Source: an uncultured SAR86 cluster bacterium (GTDB lineage: Bacteria > Pseudomonadota > Gammaproteobacteria > Magnimaribacterales > D2472). Taken from it: DNA of 64,000 bases. The stretch covers positions 22,880 through 86,879 of the forward strand of contig CACLXS010000004.1 of NCBI GenBank assembly GCA_902610905.1, read 5' to 3'. Both the position numbers and the translations under genes were made by a program. Each line of letters opens with the position of its first letter. Positions within the stretch are counted from its first letter, which is position 1. Shown piece by piece: positions 10,506 to 21,377 of the stretch. Below the pieces are notes generated by a model. It ran no database searches. It was given only the letters and a program-made list of their open reading frames with translations, and was not told the origin of the DNA.

Positions 10506-12920
10506 CTAGATAACAAAATTCATGATTTTTCCTTTGATATAAATTACTTTTTTAATATTTTTTCCCTCAAGATTAATGGCAACATTTTCAATTTTTTTTG
10601 CAATTTCTTCTATTTTATTTTGGCTATCTTCAATTTTTGCAGTTGTTTTACCTCTTACTTTCCCATTAATTTGTATTACTAATTCAAATTCAGAAATTTC
10701 TAATAAGCTGTCCTCAACTTTTGGCCATGAAGATTCTATTTCTTCTGGAGCATTAGATTTATAAAAATGATTCCATAAGTGCTCTGAAACATGTGGCGCA
10801 ATAGGATTAAGGGTTTTAAGAATAATAATTATTGTTTCATTCAAACAATATTTTTTTGAGTCTGAAGCATCTTTGTTTTTAAATTCATCAGGTATAGCAT
10901 TAAGAAGCTCCATTATCGAAGCTATTGCAGTATTAAAGGAAAATCTTGTTTCAAAATCATTGGTAACTTTTTTCAATGTTGTGTGTGTTTTTCTTCTTAG
11001 TTCTAGCTCTTCTTTTGAAAAGTTATTTGGGGTACTAATTTCTTCGTAATTTTTGTTAATCACTAAATTCCATATCTTTTTTATAAATCTGGATGCACCC
11101 TCAACTGAAGATTCAGACCATTCTAAACTTTGTTCTGGTGGTGCAGTGAACATCATGTAGAGTCTTACTGTATCGGCACCATATTTATCAATATAAGACT
11201 GTGGGTCGACTGTATTACCCTTTGATTTAGACATCTTTGCGCCATCTTTAAGAACCATGCCTTGGGTTAATAGTTTTTTAAATGGTTCATTGCCCTCAAC
11301 CATACCCATATCTCTTAGGGCCTTATGAAAAAATCTTGAATAAAGTAAGTGAAGTATGGCATGTTCAATGCCGCCAATATATAAGTCTACTGGAAGCCAA
11401 TACTTTGTGTTTTCATCAAAAATTTCACTATCATTATCAGCAGAAGTAAATCTAGCATAGTACCAAGATGAATCCATAAAGGTATCAAATGTGTCAGTTT
11501 CTCTTTGCACTTCATTAGATATTTTGAAGAAATTTTCATTTTGATTTAAAGGGATCGGTGGAGAATTTTTTGGTAAATCTGGAAGAATTACAGGAAGTTC
11601 ATTTTCCTCAATCAATTTAGCATCACCGTTTTCATATATTACAGGTATTGGACATCCCCAATATCTTTGTCTACTAACTCCCCAATCTCTTAATCTAAAC
11701 TGTATAAGCCCTTCACCAAGATTTTTTTCACTTAGTTCTTCAATGATTTTTTTTGATGCTGAATCTGAGTTCAAGTCATCATATTTATCCGAGTTAATCA
11801 AAATACCTTTATTGAGAACAGGTAATTTATCATCTTTGCCAATTGAAATAACTTGTTTTATATCAAGATCATATTTAGAAGCAAATTCAAAGTCTCTCTG
11901 ATCATGTCCAGGAACACCCATAACAACTCCTGTGCCATAATCAAGAAGTACAAAATTCCCAATCCATACTGGTATTCGTTTATTTGTAAGAGGGTGTATA
12001 ACTTTAATTCCAGTATCAATTCCCAACTTTTCTGCTTTAGCCATATCTGCTTCAGCAGATGATGTTTCTTTGCATTTGATTAAGAAAGATTCAATTTCCT
12101 TATCTTTTTTTGAAAGGCTTAATGCAATTTCATGATTTGGAGAAATAGCTACAAAAGAGACGCCAAAAATTGTATCAGGCCTTGTTGAGAAAGCAGTTAG
12201 GCATTCTTCTGAGCCTTCAATTTGATATTTAATTTCTGCTCCATGAGATTTACCAATCCAGTTTTCCTGCATTGTTTTCACATTTTCTGGCCAATCAACT
12301 TCACTTAATGATGAGAGTAGCTCATCAGCGTAATAAGTAATTTTTATAAACCACTGATCAATTTCTTTAATTTCTACTTGCGCGCCAGACCGCCATCCTT
12401 TTCCATCTATTACTTGTTCGTTTGCCAGCACAGTTTCATCTACCGGATCCCAATTAACTAGTGATTTTTTTTTATAAACGAGACCTTTCTCAAAGAATTT
12501 TTTAAAGATTAATTGCTCCCATTTATAATAATTTGGTTCGCATGTTCTTAGTTCTTTAGACCAGTCATATCCTAATCCCAGAGATATGAGCTGTTGCTTC
12601 ATATGTTCTATGTTGTCATTTGTCCATTCTTTAGGGCTGACTTTATTAGCAATTGCTGCATTTTCTGCAGGTAGCCCGAATGCATCCCAGCCCATTGGTT
12701 GAAATACATTAAAATTATTCATTCTTTTGTATCTAGATATTACATCGCCAATGGTATAGTTTCTGACATGACCCATATGGAGTTTGCCTGATGGATATGG
12801 AAACATTGAAAGACAATAGTACTTTTCACGATTATCAGGCTTTGCTTCAAATCTTCCATCCTCAATCCACTTTTTTTGAGCAGATTCTTCAATTTTTTTT
12901 GGATTATATTCAGTTGCCAT
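10506..12920 (-). CDS. leuS: Leucine--tRNA ligase
   Basis: HMGH and KMSKS motifs, editing domain ([18 protein letters not shown]). Confidence 0.98.
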   Translation of the reverse strand: MATEYNPKKIEESAQKKWIEDGRFEAKPDNREKYYCLSMFPYPSGKLHMGHVRNYTIGDVISRYKRMNNFNVFQPMGWDAFGLPAENAAIANKVSPKEWTNDNIEHMKQQLISLGLGYDWSKELRTCEPNYYKWEQLIFKKFFEKGLVYKKKSLVNWDPVDETVLANEQVIDGKGWRSGAQVEIKEIDQWFIKITYYADELLSSLSEVDWPENVKTMQENWIGKSHGAEIKYQIEGSEECLTAFSTRPDTIFGVSFVAISPNHEIALSLSKKDKEIESFLIKCKETSSAEADMAKAEKLGIDTGIKVIHPLTNKRIPVWIGNFVLLDYGTGVVMGVPGHDQRDFEFASKYDLDIKQVISIGKDDKLPVLNKGILINSDKYDDLNSDSASKKIIEELSEKNLGEGLIQFRLRDWGVSRQRYWGCPIPVIYENGDAKLIEENELPVILPDLPKNSPPIPLNQNENFFKISNEVQRETDTFDTFMDSSWYYARFTSADNDSEIFDENTKYWLPVDLYIGGIEHAILHLLYSRFFHKALRDMGMVEGNEPFKKLLTQGMVLKDGAKMSKSKGNTVDPQSYIDKYGADTVRLYMMFTAPPEQSLEWSESSVEGASRFIKKIWNLVINKNYEEISTPNNFSKEELELRRKTHTTLKKVTNDFETRFSFNTAIASIMELLNAIPDEFKNKDASDSKKYCLNETIIIILKTLNPIAPHVSEHLWNHFYKSNAPEEIESSWPKVEDSLLEISEFELVIQINGKVRGKTTAKIEDSQNKIEEIAKKIENVAINLEGKNIKKVIYIKGKIMNFVI

Positions 12921-14259
12921 CTTTCAAAAATTCATTTTCTAAATAGTTAATTGTATGCTTATTATCAACAAAAGTTTTGTCATGAAGAATTCTTTGATGA
13001 AGAGAATGATTGGTTTTAATTCCATCAATAAAAAACTCATCTAATGCACTAATCATTCTTTTTATAGCAGAATTCCGTGAATTGGCTTGAGTTATTATTT
13101 TTGCTAGAAGAGAGTCATAATAAGGTGGAACAGTATAACCTCCATATATATGTGAATCATATCTAATACCAAAACCACCAGGTATATGCATTTTTGTTAT
13201 TTTTCCAGGAGAAGGTTGGAATGTTTCTGGATCCTCTGCATTAATTCTACACTCCATAGCATGCCCATTAAAATTTATAGATTCTTGTTGTAAAGTTATT
13301 TCCATACCAAGGGCAATTCTTAGCTGAGCCTTAACAATATCAAATCCAGTTATCATTTCTGTAACAGGATGTTCAACCTGAATCCTTGTATTCATTTCAA
13401 TGAAGTAGAATTCAGCATTTTCATATAAAAATTCAATTGTTCCTGCTCCTTCATATTTAAGTTTTTTACATAGTTTTATAGAAGCTTCATATGTTTGATC
13501 GAGCGCATCTTGGTCGATATTTTTTGCAGGTGCTTCTTCGATAATTTTCTGATGTCGCCTTTGCATGCTGCAATCTCTAGTTCCCAGATGGATAGCATGA
13601 CCCTTACCATCGCCAACTACCTGAATTTCAATATGTCTGGGATTAGGAATAAATTTCTCTAAGTAGATTTTCTCATTACCAAAAGCATTTTTTGCTTCTT
13701 GCATTGTTATTTCTGCACTTGAAATAAGATCATCTTCACTTTCGACAACTCTCATTCCTCGACCACCGCCACCAGCAGTAGCCTTAATCATGATTGGATA
13801 ACCTATGTTTTTTACAATTTTTTTAAATTCTTCCGGATCTTCTGGAATATCTTCTTTATAACCTGGAACGATTTGAATACCTGATTCTTCAGCTAATGTT
13901 TTTGCAGTTATCTTATCTCCCATATTTTTAATAGTTTCTGAGTTAGGCCCAATAAATTTAAAACCACTTTTTTCACACATCTCTGCAAAATTAGAATCCT
14001 CAGCAAGGAAACCATAGCCAGGGTATATTCCATCCACTTGAGTTAACTCAGCAGCAGAAAGAATTGCTGGTGTGTTCAAATAGCTTTCAAGTGGAGAGGC
14101 TGGACCTATGCAAACTGTTTCATCTGAAAACTTCAAATGTTTGAGGTCTTTATCACCCTCTGAATAAACTGAAACAGTTGAAATATTTAACTCTTTGCAG
14201 GCTCTTATAGCCCTAAGTGCTATTTCCCCTCTGTTTGCGATGAGAACTTTAAAAGGCAT
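12910..14259 (-). CDS. accC: Acetyl-CoA carboxylase biotin carboxylase subunit
   Basis: [42 protein letters not shown]. Confidence 0.97.
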   Translation of the reverse strand: MPFKVLIANRGEIALRAIRACKELNISTVSVYSEGDKDLKHLKFSDETVCIGPASPLESYLNTPAILSAAELTQVDGIYPGYGFLAEDSNFAEMCEKSGFKFIGPNSETIKNMGDKITAKTLAEESGIQIVPGYKEDIPEDPEEFKKIVKNIGYPIMIKATAGGGGRGMRVVESEDDLISSAEITMQEAKNAFGNEKIYLEKFIPNPRHIEIQVVGDGKGHAIHLGTRDCSMQRRHQKIIEEAPAKNIDQDALDQTYEASIKLCKKLKYEGAGTIEFLYENAEFYFIEMNTRIQVEHPVTEMITGFDIVKAQLRIALGMEITLQQESINFNGHAMECRINAEDPETFQPSPGKITKMHIPGGFGIRYDSHIYGGYTVPPYYDSLLAKIITQANSRNSAIKRMISALDEFFIDGIKTNHSLHQRILHDKTFVDNKHTINYLENEFLKDGN

Positions 14260-14265
14260 GATAAT

Positions 14266-14703
14266 TTAGTTAATCGTTATAATATGTTGTCCGTATTCGA
14301 CTGGCTGCCCATCTTCTACGTTAATTGAAACTACCTTACCGCTAAAATCAGATTTTATCTCATTCATCATTTTCATAGCTTCAATGATACAAAGTACATC
14401 ACCTTCTTGAACAACATCACCAACTTTAATAAACGGATCCTTATCTGGACTTGGTTTTCTATAAAATGTGCCAACAATTGGCGATGTTATTTGATTGCCT
14501 TCAATATCTTCTTGTTGAACCTCTTTTTCTGAAGCAACATTTGTTTCATGAACAACCTGTTTTTGTATTACCGGCTCGACGTGTGTTTGAGATTTATTAT
14601 CTCTTGAAATACGAACCGACTCATCTCCTTGGCTAACTTCTATTTCTTTGAGATCAGAGTCCTGCAACATTTCTATTAATTTTTTAATTTTTCTAATATC
14701 CAT
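14266..14703 (-). CDS. accB: Biotin carboxyl carrier protein
   Basis: [12 protein letters not shown]-term; EAMKM biotinylation motif. Confidence 0.97.
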   Translation of the reverse strand: MDIRKIKKLIEMLQDSDLKEIEVSQGDESVRISRDNKSQTHVEPVIQKQVVHETNVASEKEVQQEDIEGNQITSPIVGTFYRKPSPDKDPFIKVGDVVQEGDVLCIIEAMKMMNEIKSDFSGKVVSINVEDGQPVEYGQHIITIN

Positions 14704-15147
14704 CTAACTCTCCAAGTTATTATTAATAGCTTCATTAAGTGCTAGTTCATAACCTTTAAAACCCTGTCCTTTGATAACATTTGTTGCTATATCAGAAAGG
14801 TATGAAAATTTTCTAAAATCTTCTCTATTATCAATGTCAGAAATGTGTACCTCATAGAATGGAATTTCTACACTAGAAAGAGCATCTCTAATTGCAATAC
14901 TAGTGTGCGTATAGGCTCCAGGATTTATAATAATTGAATTTATATTGTCCTTTAATTTTGCATCATGAATAGCATTAATTATTTCATGTTCAGCATTGGT
15001 CTGCTTGCAATATAATTTGCAGCCTTGCTTTTCAGCAAGAATTACAAGGTTTTCTTCTAGCTCGGACAATGTTGCCTCACCATATATGCCTTTTTCTCTC
15101 ATACCTAATAGATTTAAATTAGGCCCATTTATTAATAAAATGTTCAT
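14704..15147 (-). CDS. aroQ: Type II 3-dehydroquinate dehydratase
   Basis: NGPNLNLLG.RE..IYG, INPGAYTHTSIAIRDA, EVHIS. Confidence 0.96.
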   Translation of the reverse strand: MNILLINGPNLNLLGMREKGIYGEATLSELEENLVILAEKQGCKLYCKQTNAEHEIINAIHDAKLKDNINSIIINPGAYTHTSIAIRDALSSVEIPFYEVHISDIDNREDFRKFSYLSDIATNVIKGQGFKGYELALNEAINNNLES

Positions 15148-15188
15148 TTTAAGATTTTAACAGAAATTAAACGAATTTATAAAGTTTT

Positions 15189-15605
15189 TTAAAGAAGTTT
15201 ATGTATTTGTATTGGGTAGCAGATACCTATATCAGCACAGCCTTGGTATTTTATCAATATATTATTTAAATCCAACCCTGTCGTATTATTTAATTTAATT
15301 AATACTTTATTCCTGAATATTCTACTTTCACCAAAGAATTCATCTTTATGCATATATTCTTCAGATTTTAAAATTTCAAACTTAAATGTCTCGTTAGTAT
15401 TTTCAATTTTTATACTTTCAAAGTATAAGTAGTACCCCTCTTTAATGTCCCATGAAATTAATACAGCCTCATCACTTATGACTGTTTCTATATTAAACGC
15501 TTTTATTGGTGGCAAAACGCCACTTTCTTTATTTAAAAAGTCTAGTGTGCTTGAATTTGAGTATAAATTTAAAGATAGGAGTATAATTATAATTAATCTC
15601 ATCAT
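15189..15605 (-). CDS. Stand-alone DsbD N-terminal (alpha) domain protein
   Basis: Signal peptide, WDIKEGYYLY, DEFFG, YQGCADIGICYP; ends right after the alpha domain; ATG at 15605 preferred. Confidence 0.8.
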   Translation of the reverse strand: MMRLIIIILLSLNLYSNSSTLDFLNKESGVLPPIKAFNIETVISDEAVLISWDIKEGYYLYFESIKIENTNETFKFEILKSEEYMHKDEFFGESRIFRNKVLIKLNNTTGLDLNNILIKYQGCADIGICYPIQIHKLL

Positions 15606-15665
15606 TGAGTTTAAAGAATAAACTTCTAAGTAAGCAAAATAAAGCACAAAATTATTTAAATAATC

Positions 15666-16673
15666 ATGAGAACTATATTGTTAAAAAATTTTTTTCTAAT
15701 ACCATTATGGTTTTTTAATATCTTTATAAAAAAGAGACCTCCATATAGAGGTCATATTTTTGACCAACAGTCTCAAGCTTTAATTAGTCTTCAGCCATCA
15801 ATAGATCTTACGACTGTTCCAGATAATGAAATTTCTGATATTAGAAAGTTAATTGCAGAAAATAGAATCAAGAACAAGCTATCACTGAATCCCAAAAATC
15901 CTGTCATGAAGTTCGATCACTTTTTAGGTATTGATAAAAATGTTTTACTTCGTGAATATAATCCCTATTCTATAAATACTGATAAGGTTGTTTTATTTTT
16001 TCATGGTGGCGGCTATGTATTAAATTCTGTTGAAACGCACGACGATACAGTTTCTTATATGGCTGAAAAATTAAAGGCGAGATTTTTTTCTTTGGAATAC
16101 AGACTTTCTCCAGAGAATAAATACCCAGATTCACTAGATGATGCATTATTCGCTTATGAATGGTTAGAGAAAAATGGATATACGTCGGGTAAAATTTCTG
16201 TATGTGGGGATAGTGCAGGCGCTCACTTAGCAGCTTCACTGGTTCATAAACTTATAGCTGATAACTGCGACAGACTTCCTGACAGTCAGTTCTTGATTTA
16301 TCCTATGTGTGATCCTAGCTGTAAATCTGAATCATATGATGACTTGGCAGAAGGTTATTTGCTTACAAAGAAAACGATGATTTGGTTCTGGGAAAAATTA
16401 GGAAAAAGTGAAGAGAATATAAAAGACCAAGCGTTTAATTTACTGAAGTTAGATACTGATTTGGCAATGCCCAATACCATAATTATTACTGCTGGATTTG
16501 ATCCATTGTGTGATGATGGAGAAAAGTATGCATATTTGTTGCATGAAAAAGGAGATAAAGTAAAACAATTGCATTATCCTAATATGTTCCATGGCTTTGC
16601 ATCTGCAACACGAATAAAAGCTGCTCAAATAGCTGTGGATGATTTTTTAAGTGAATATAAAAAAATACTATGA
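15666..16673 (+). CDS. Alpha/beta hydrolase, HSL-family esterase/lipase
   Basis: HGGGY oxyanion motif, GDSAG nucleophile, DPL acid, HGF His. Confidence 0.92.
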   Translation: MRTILLKNFFLIPLWFFNIFIKKRPPYRGHIFDQQSQALISLQPSIDLTTVPDNEISDIRKLIAENRIKNKLSLNPKNPVMKFDHFLGIDKNVLLREYNPYSINTDKVVLFFHGGGYVLNSVETHDDTVSYMAEKLKARFFSLEYRLSPENKYPDSLDDALFAYEWLEKNGYTSGKISVCGDSAGAHLAASLVHKLIADNCDRLPDSQFLIYPMCDPSCKSESYDDLAEGYLLTKKTMIWFWEKLGKSEENIKDQAFNLLKLDTDLAMPNTIIITAGFDPLCDDGEKYAYLLHEKGDKVKQLHYPNMFHGFASATRIKAAQIAVDDFLSEYKKIL

Positions 16674-18268
16674 GTAATATATTAGAAATTAGCAACTTAA
16701 GTATAAATTTTGCTACAAGGGATGGAAGTTTTAAAGCAGTAGATGATATAAGTTTTAATATAGAAAATAATAAGACTATGGCACTTGTTGGCGAGTCAGG
16801 GTCAGGAAAATCTGTTACAGCTATGTCTATTCTTCAATTACTACCGAGACCACAGGCATCATATTCACAGATCTCATCAATAAAATTTAAAGGTGATGAA
16901 ATAATTGATGCTCCTAATGATAAATTACTAAACATAAGAGGTAACATTGTCTCAATGGTTTTCCAGGAGCCAATGACATCATTAAACCCATACCATAGAG
17001 TTGGTAATCAAATAACAGAGTCAATAATACTTCACACTAATACCTCTAAAAAAGAAGCCATTGATGAAGCTAAAAAGCTACTTGAACTTGTAGAAATTGA
17101 TGATGTTGAAAGAAGATTTTATGCATATCCTCATGAATTATCTGGAGGTCAGAGACAAAGGGTTATGATTGCAATGGCACTGGTCAATAAACCTCAATTA
17201 CTAATAGCAGACGAGCCTACCACTGCATTAGACGTAACTATTCAGGCTCAAATTTTAGATTTGATGTCTAAATTAAAAAATGAACTAGGCATGTCAATTT
17301 TATTCATAACTCATGATCTTGGCTTAGTTCAGCAGTTTTCAGATAACGTATGTGTAATGAAAGATGGGGTTATTGTTGAACAAGGGGTAACGTCAGATGT
17401 TTTCAATAATCCAAGCCATGATTACACAAAAAGACTTTTAGACGCTGAACCAAAACCCAAAGAAACAAGGACATTAAATAATAATCCGATAATTGAAGTA
17501 GATAATTTAAATGTTTTCTATAACATCCCGTCTGTAAACATTTTTAAAAAAAATACCTTCCATGCTGTAAAAGATGTTTCATTCAAAATATTTGAAAATA
17601 CTACAATTGGATTGGTGGGTGAGTCGGGATCTGGAAAGTCAACTCTTGGTAAAGCAATAGCTCGATTGGTTGATTATGAAGGAAATGTATTCTTTAAAAC
17701 CAAGAACATTGATTCCAATTCTCATAAAAATAATAAAGAGTTAAAAAAAGACATTCAAATAGTCTTTCAAGATCCTTATGGTTCACTTTCACCAAGAATG
17801 ACAATTGGAGAGATTGTAGGAGAAGGACTAGGAGTGCATTTTAAACTGTTAAAAAAAGAAAAAGAATTTAAAATAGATAAGGTTCTCTCAGATGTAGGAA
17901 TTGAAATTAATGCAAAAAATAAATATCCGCATGAGTTTTCAGGAGGACAAAGACAAAGAATTGCTATTGCAAGGTCATTGATAATGAATCCTTCATTTAT
18001 GATTTTAGATGAGCCTACTTCTGCATTAGATAGATCAATACAGATACAAGTAATTAATCTTCTTAAGAGTATTCAAGATGAATATGGCTTGACCTATCTT
18101 TTTATAAGTCATGATTTAAAGGTTATAAGATCAATGTCGGATTATATTTTCGTAATGAAAAATGGTGAGATTGTTGAGTCTGGAATTTCAGAGGAAGTTT
18201 TTCATAAACCAAAAGAAGAATATACTAAAAAACTATTAACAGCTGCTTTAAGGTATGCATCTGAATAA
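16670..18268 (+). CDS. Dual-domain peptide ABC transporter ATP-binding protein (YejF-like)
   Basis: Two NBDs: GESGSGKS twice, LSGGQRQR/FSGGQRQR, DEPT twice. Confidence 0.88.
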   Translation: MSNILEISNLSINFATRDGSFKAVDDISFNIENNKTMALVGESGSGKSVTAMSILQLLPRPQASYSQISSIKFKGDEIIDAPNDKLLNIRGNIVSMVFQEPMTSLNPYHRVGNQITESIILHTNTSKKEAIDEAKKLLELVEIDDVERRFYAYPHELSGGQRQRVMIAMALVNKPQLLIADEPTTALDVTIQAQILDLMSKLKNELGMSILFITHDLGLVQQFSDNVCVMKDGVIVEQGVTSDVFNNPSHDYTKRLLDAEPKPKETRTLNNNPIIEVDNLNVFYNIPSVNIFKKNTFHAVKDVSFKIFENTTIGLVGESGSGKSTLGKAIARLVDYEGNVFFKTKNIDSNSHKNNKELKKDIQIVFQDPYGSLSPRMTIGEIVGEGLGVHFKLLKKEKEFKIDKVLSDVGIEINAKNKYPHEFSGGQRQRIAIARSLIMNPSFMILDEPTSALDRSIQIQVINLLKSIQDEYGLTYLFISHDLKVIRSMSDYIFVMKNGEIVESGISEEVFHKPKEEYTKKLLTAALRYASE

Positions 18269-18273
18269 CAATT

Positions 18274-19935
18274 ATGACAAATAGAAAATTTTCAAAAAAT
18301 CTTGTAGATGGTCCAAATCAAGCTGCCTCAAGATCTATGCTTAGAGGTGTTGGGTTTACGTCTGAGGATTTTAAAAAACCATTTGTGGGCATAGCGTCAA
18401 CTGGTGCAAAGGTCACTCCGTGCAACATGCATATAAATCAATTAGCTGATGTAGTTGAGCATTCTATTGATAACTCTGGTGGTAAGGGAGTGCTATTCAA
18501 TACAATTACCGTCTCAGATGGAATATCTATGGGAACTCAAGGAATGAAATATTCTCTAGTTTCAAGAGAAGTTATAGCTGATTCAATTGAAACTGTTGTT
18601 GGATGTTTAGGCTATGACGGTGTCATTGCTATAGGTGGATGTGATAAAAATATGCCTGGCTGTATCATTGGTTTGGCAAGGCTTAATAGACCCTCTATAT
18701 TTATATATGGAGGTTCAATAAAACCGAGTTCTGAAAATACTGACTATGTTACTGTCTGCGAGAAGACTGGAGAATTTTCAAAAGGTGAATTGGAAGAATC
18801 TGAGTTAATCCACGTTGAGAAAATTTCAGTTAAAGGTCCTGGTTCATGTGGCGGTATGTATACTGCAAATACAATGGCATCTGCAATTGAAGCCCTAGGG
18901 ATGAGTTTGCCTGGTAGCAGCAGTCAAGATGCAACTTCTGAAGATAAGCAAAAAGATTGTATTGATTCAGGTCAGGCAATTATGAACCTTCTAGATAAGG
19001 ATATAAAACCTTCTGACATAATGACTAAGGAAGCATTTGAAAATGCAATTACTCTAGTTATATCACTTGGGGGTTCCACAAATGCAGTTCTGCATATGTT
19101 AGCAATGGCTCATGCTATCGGAGTTAAACTAGATTTAGATGACTTTACAAGAATTGGTAAAAAGACACCCGTTATGGCAGATTTAAAACCTTTCGGCTCT
19201 CATTATATGTCAGAGTTAAACGCTAACGGAGGCATACAACCCTTGATGAAAACATTACTTGATAAGGGTTTGCTTCATGGAGAATGTTTAACGGTCACAG
19301 GGAATACACTTGCTGAAAATTTGTCTAATGTTACACCTTACGAAGATAATCAAAATATTATAAGAAGCTTTGAAAACCCAATTAAGTCAACAAGTCATCT
19401 TAGAATACTTTATGGTAATCTTGCATCAGAGGGTGCTGTGGCAAAAATAACAGGAAAAGAGGGAACTTCTTTTAATGGAAAAGCCAGAGTTTTCAATTCT
19501 GAAGAAGAAGGTGTAGAAGCTATATTAAATAAATCTATTGAAGCTGGTGATGTGGTAGTTATTAGATATGAAGGACCAAAGGGAGGTCCTGGAATGCGTG
19601 AAATGTTGAAACCAACATCTGCAATTATGGGCCAAGGCTTAGGAGATAAAGTAGGATTTATAACAGATGGAAGGTTTTCAGGTGGTACACACGGTTTTGT
19701 GGTCGGGCATATTACTCCTGAAGCTGCAGATGGTGGCGTAATTGCTATTGTTGAAGATGGAGACACTATTCTAATTGATGCTGAGAAAGATGAACTAACA
19801 CTAAAAGTGTCATCAGAAGAAATTGAAAAAAGATTAGGAAATTGGACAAATCCAAAAACTCCTCCTCAAAAAGGAGTTTTGTCAAAATTTGCTAAAAGTG
19901 TAAAATCTGCAAGCCTTGGGGCTATTACAGATTAA
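18274..19935 (+). CDS. ilvD: Dihydroxy-acid dehydratase
   Basis: PCNMH, GCDKNMPG, CGGMYTANTM, GGPGMREML, TDGRFSGG. Confidence 0.96.
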   Translation: MTNRKFSKNLVDGPNQAASRSMLRGVGFTSEDFKKPFVGIASTGAKVTPCNMHINQLADVVEHSIDNSGGKGVLFNTITVSDGISMGTQGMKYSLVSREVIADSIETVVGCLGYDGVIAIGGCDKNMPGCIIGLARLNRPSIFIYGGSIKPSSENTDYVTVCEKTGEFSKGELEESELIHVEKISVKGPGSCGGMYTANTMASAIEALGMSLPGSSSQDATSEDKQKDCIDSGQAIMNLLDKDIKPSDIMTKEAFENAITLVISLGGSTNAVLHMLAMAHAIGVKLDLDDFTRIGKKTPVMADLKPFGSHYMSELNANGGIQPLMKTLLDKGLLHGECLTVTGNTLAENLSNVTPYEDNQNIIRSFENPIKSTSHLRILYGNLASEGAVAKITGKEGTSFNGKARVFNSEEEGVEAILNKSIEAGDVVVIRYEGPKGGPGMREMLKPTSAIMGQGLGDKVGFITDGRFSGGTHGFVVGHITPEAADGGVIAIVEDGDTILIDAEKDELTLKVSSEEIEKRLGNWTNPKTPPQKGVLSKFAKSVKSASLGAITD

Positions 19936-19940
19936 AAACT

Positions 19941-20939
19941 ATGAATGTAAAAAGAAATTTTCCAGATTCTAGACTTAGACGTCTTAGGGCAAGTGATAAT
20001 TTAATTAAGTTAGTTTCTGAAACAAGCTTGTCCTCTAATGATTTAATTCAGCCATTATTTATTAAAGAAAATCTTGTAGGCATAGAGCCGATTGACTCTA
20101 TGCCTAACATATCAAGATTCAGTGCAGATAGAGTTCTAAATGAAGTTGAGGATTTATTAAATAGCGGTATTAACTCTATTGCCTTATTTCCCGTAATTGA
20201 CGAAAGTAAGAAAGATGATCTTGGTAAAGAGGCACTGAATAAATCAAATCTAATTTGCGAATCAATTCAATCAATCAAAAAAAGGTTTCCAGAAATTATT
20301 ATTATTGCAGATGTAGCATTAGATCCTTATACAAATCATGGGCATGATGGAATTATTAAAGATAATTACGTCGATAATGATTTAACACTTGATGCATTAA
20401 AATCTCAATCACTTTTATTGGCTGAATCGGGTGCTGATATTATTGCACCTTCAGATATGATGGACGGCAGAATTGGAATTATAAGAAAAGCATTAGAAGA
20501 AGCTAATTATAAAAATACAATTCTTTTGTCTTATGCTGCTAAATATAACTCAAAATTTTATGGTCCCTTTAGAGATGCTGTAAATTCAGCTGGCAATCTT
20601 GCAGGAGCATCTAAGTCTTCCTATCAAATGTCATTTTATAATAAGAATGAAGCTATTCATGAAGTTGCAATGGATATAAGTGAGGGTGCAGATATTGTGA
20701 TGATTAAACCTGGAATGCCTTATCTTGATATAATTTCATTGGTTAAAGATACTTTTAAAGTTCCTACTTTTGCATATCAAGTTAGTGGAGAATATAGCAT
20801 GTTAAAACTTGCTATTAATAAAGGGTGGCTAGACGAGAATGTTATGTTAGAATCTCTTGTAAGCTTTAAAAGAGCTGGTGCAGACGCAATTCTATCGTAT
20901 GCAGCTAAAGAAATTTCCAAGGAGATAACATCAAAATGA
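19941..20939 (+). CDS. hemB: Porphobilinogen synthase (Cys-free metal site type)
   Basis: RLRRLR, APSDMMDGR, FYGPFRDA, MIKPG, YQVSGEY. Confidence 0.96.
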   Translation: MNVKRNFPDSRLRRLRASDNLIKLVSETSLSSNDLIQPLFIKENLVGIEPIDSMPNISRFSADRVLNEVEDLLNSGINSIALFPVIDESKKDDLGKEALNKSNLICESIQSIKKRFPEIIIIADVALDPYTNHGHDGIIKDNYVDNDLTLDALKSQSLLLAESGADIIAPSDMMDGRIGIIRKALEEANYKNTILLSYAAKYNSKFYGPFRDAVNSAGNLAGASKSSYQMSFYNKNEAIHEVAMDISEGADIVMIKPGMPYLDIISLVKDTFKVPTFAYQVSGEYSMLKLAINKGWLDENVMLESLVSFKRAGADAILSYAAKEISKEITSK

Positions 20940-21262
20940 GTAGCGTTATAGAATTACATGATGAAGAAAATTTTAATAATGATGTATTAAATTCTGATGT
21001 GCCGGTGCTTGTAGACTTTTGGGCTGAATGGTGTGGGCCATGTAAACAACTATCTCCAACCGTAGAAGAAATAGCAGAAGAAAATAAAGATAAAATCAAA
21101 GTTTGTAAAATGGATGTTGACTTAAATAGGGAGTTAGCAGCAAAATATGGAATTAGATCAATCCCATCATTAATAATATTTAAAGACGGAGAGCCCGCAG
21201 GAGTAGAAATAGGAGCTTTAAGCAAACAACAATTAGAGGAGTTTATAAGCACTGTTGTTTAA
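20936..21262 (+). CDS. trxA: Thioredoxin
   Basis: WCGPCK; directly upstream of rho. Confidence 0.96.
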   Translation: MSSVIELHDEENFNNDVLNSDVPVLVDFWAEWCGPCKQLSPTVEEIAEENKDKIKVCKMDVDLNRELAAKYGIRSIPSLIIFKDGEPAGVEIGALSKQQLEEFISTVV

Positions 21263-21275
21263 TTAAAGATTAATT

Positions 21276-21304
21276 TTGCATCTTTAGTTAAAAACAATTA
21301 TCAT
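21276..21304 (+). promoter_or_regulatory. Putative sigma70 promoter of rho
   Basis: TTGCAT-17 bp-TATCAT in the trxA-rho gap. Confidence 0.55.
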
Positions 21305-21377
21305 TTTAGCATCACGATCTTAGATCATCACCTTATTAAATCCTCTTTTAAATAAATATAAAAACGGAAAAATTTAT

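Noticed and set aside
21305-21377. C-rich, G-poor rho leader as an autoregulatory rut site
   Set aside because: Plausible by analogy with E. coli, but too short and too close to the AT-rich background to support from sequence alone
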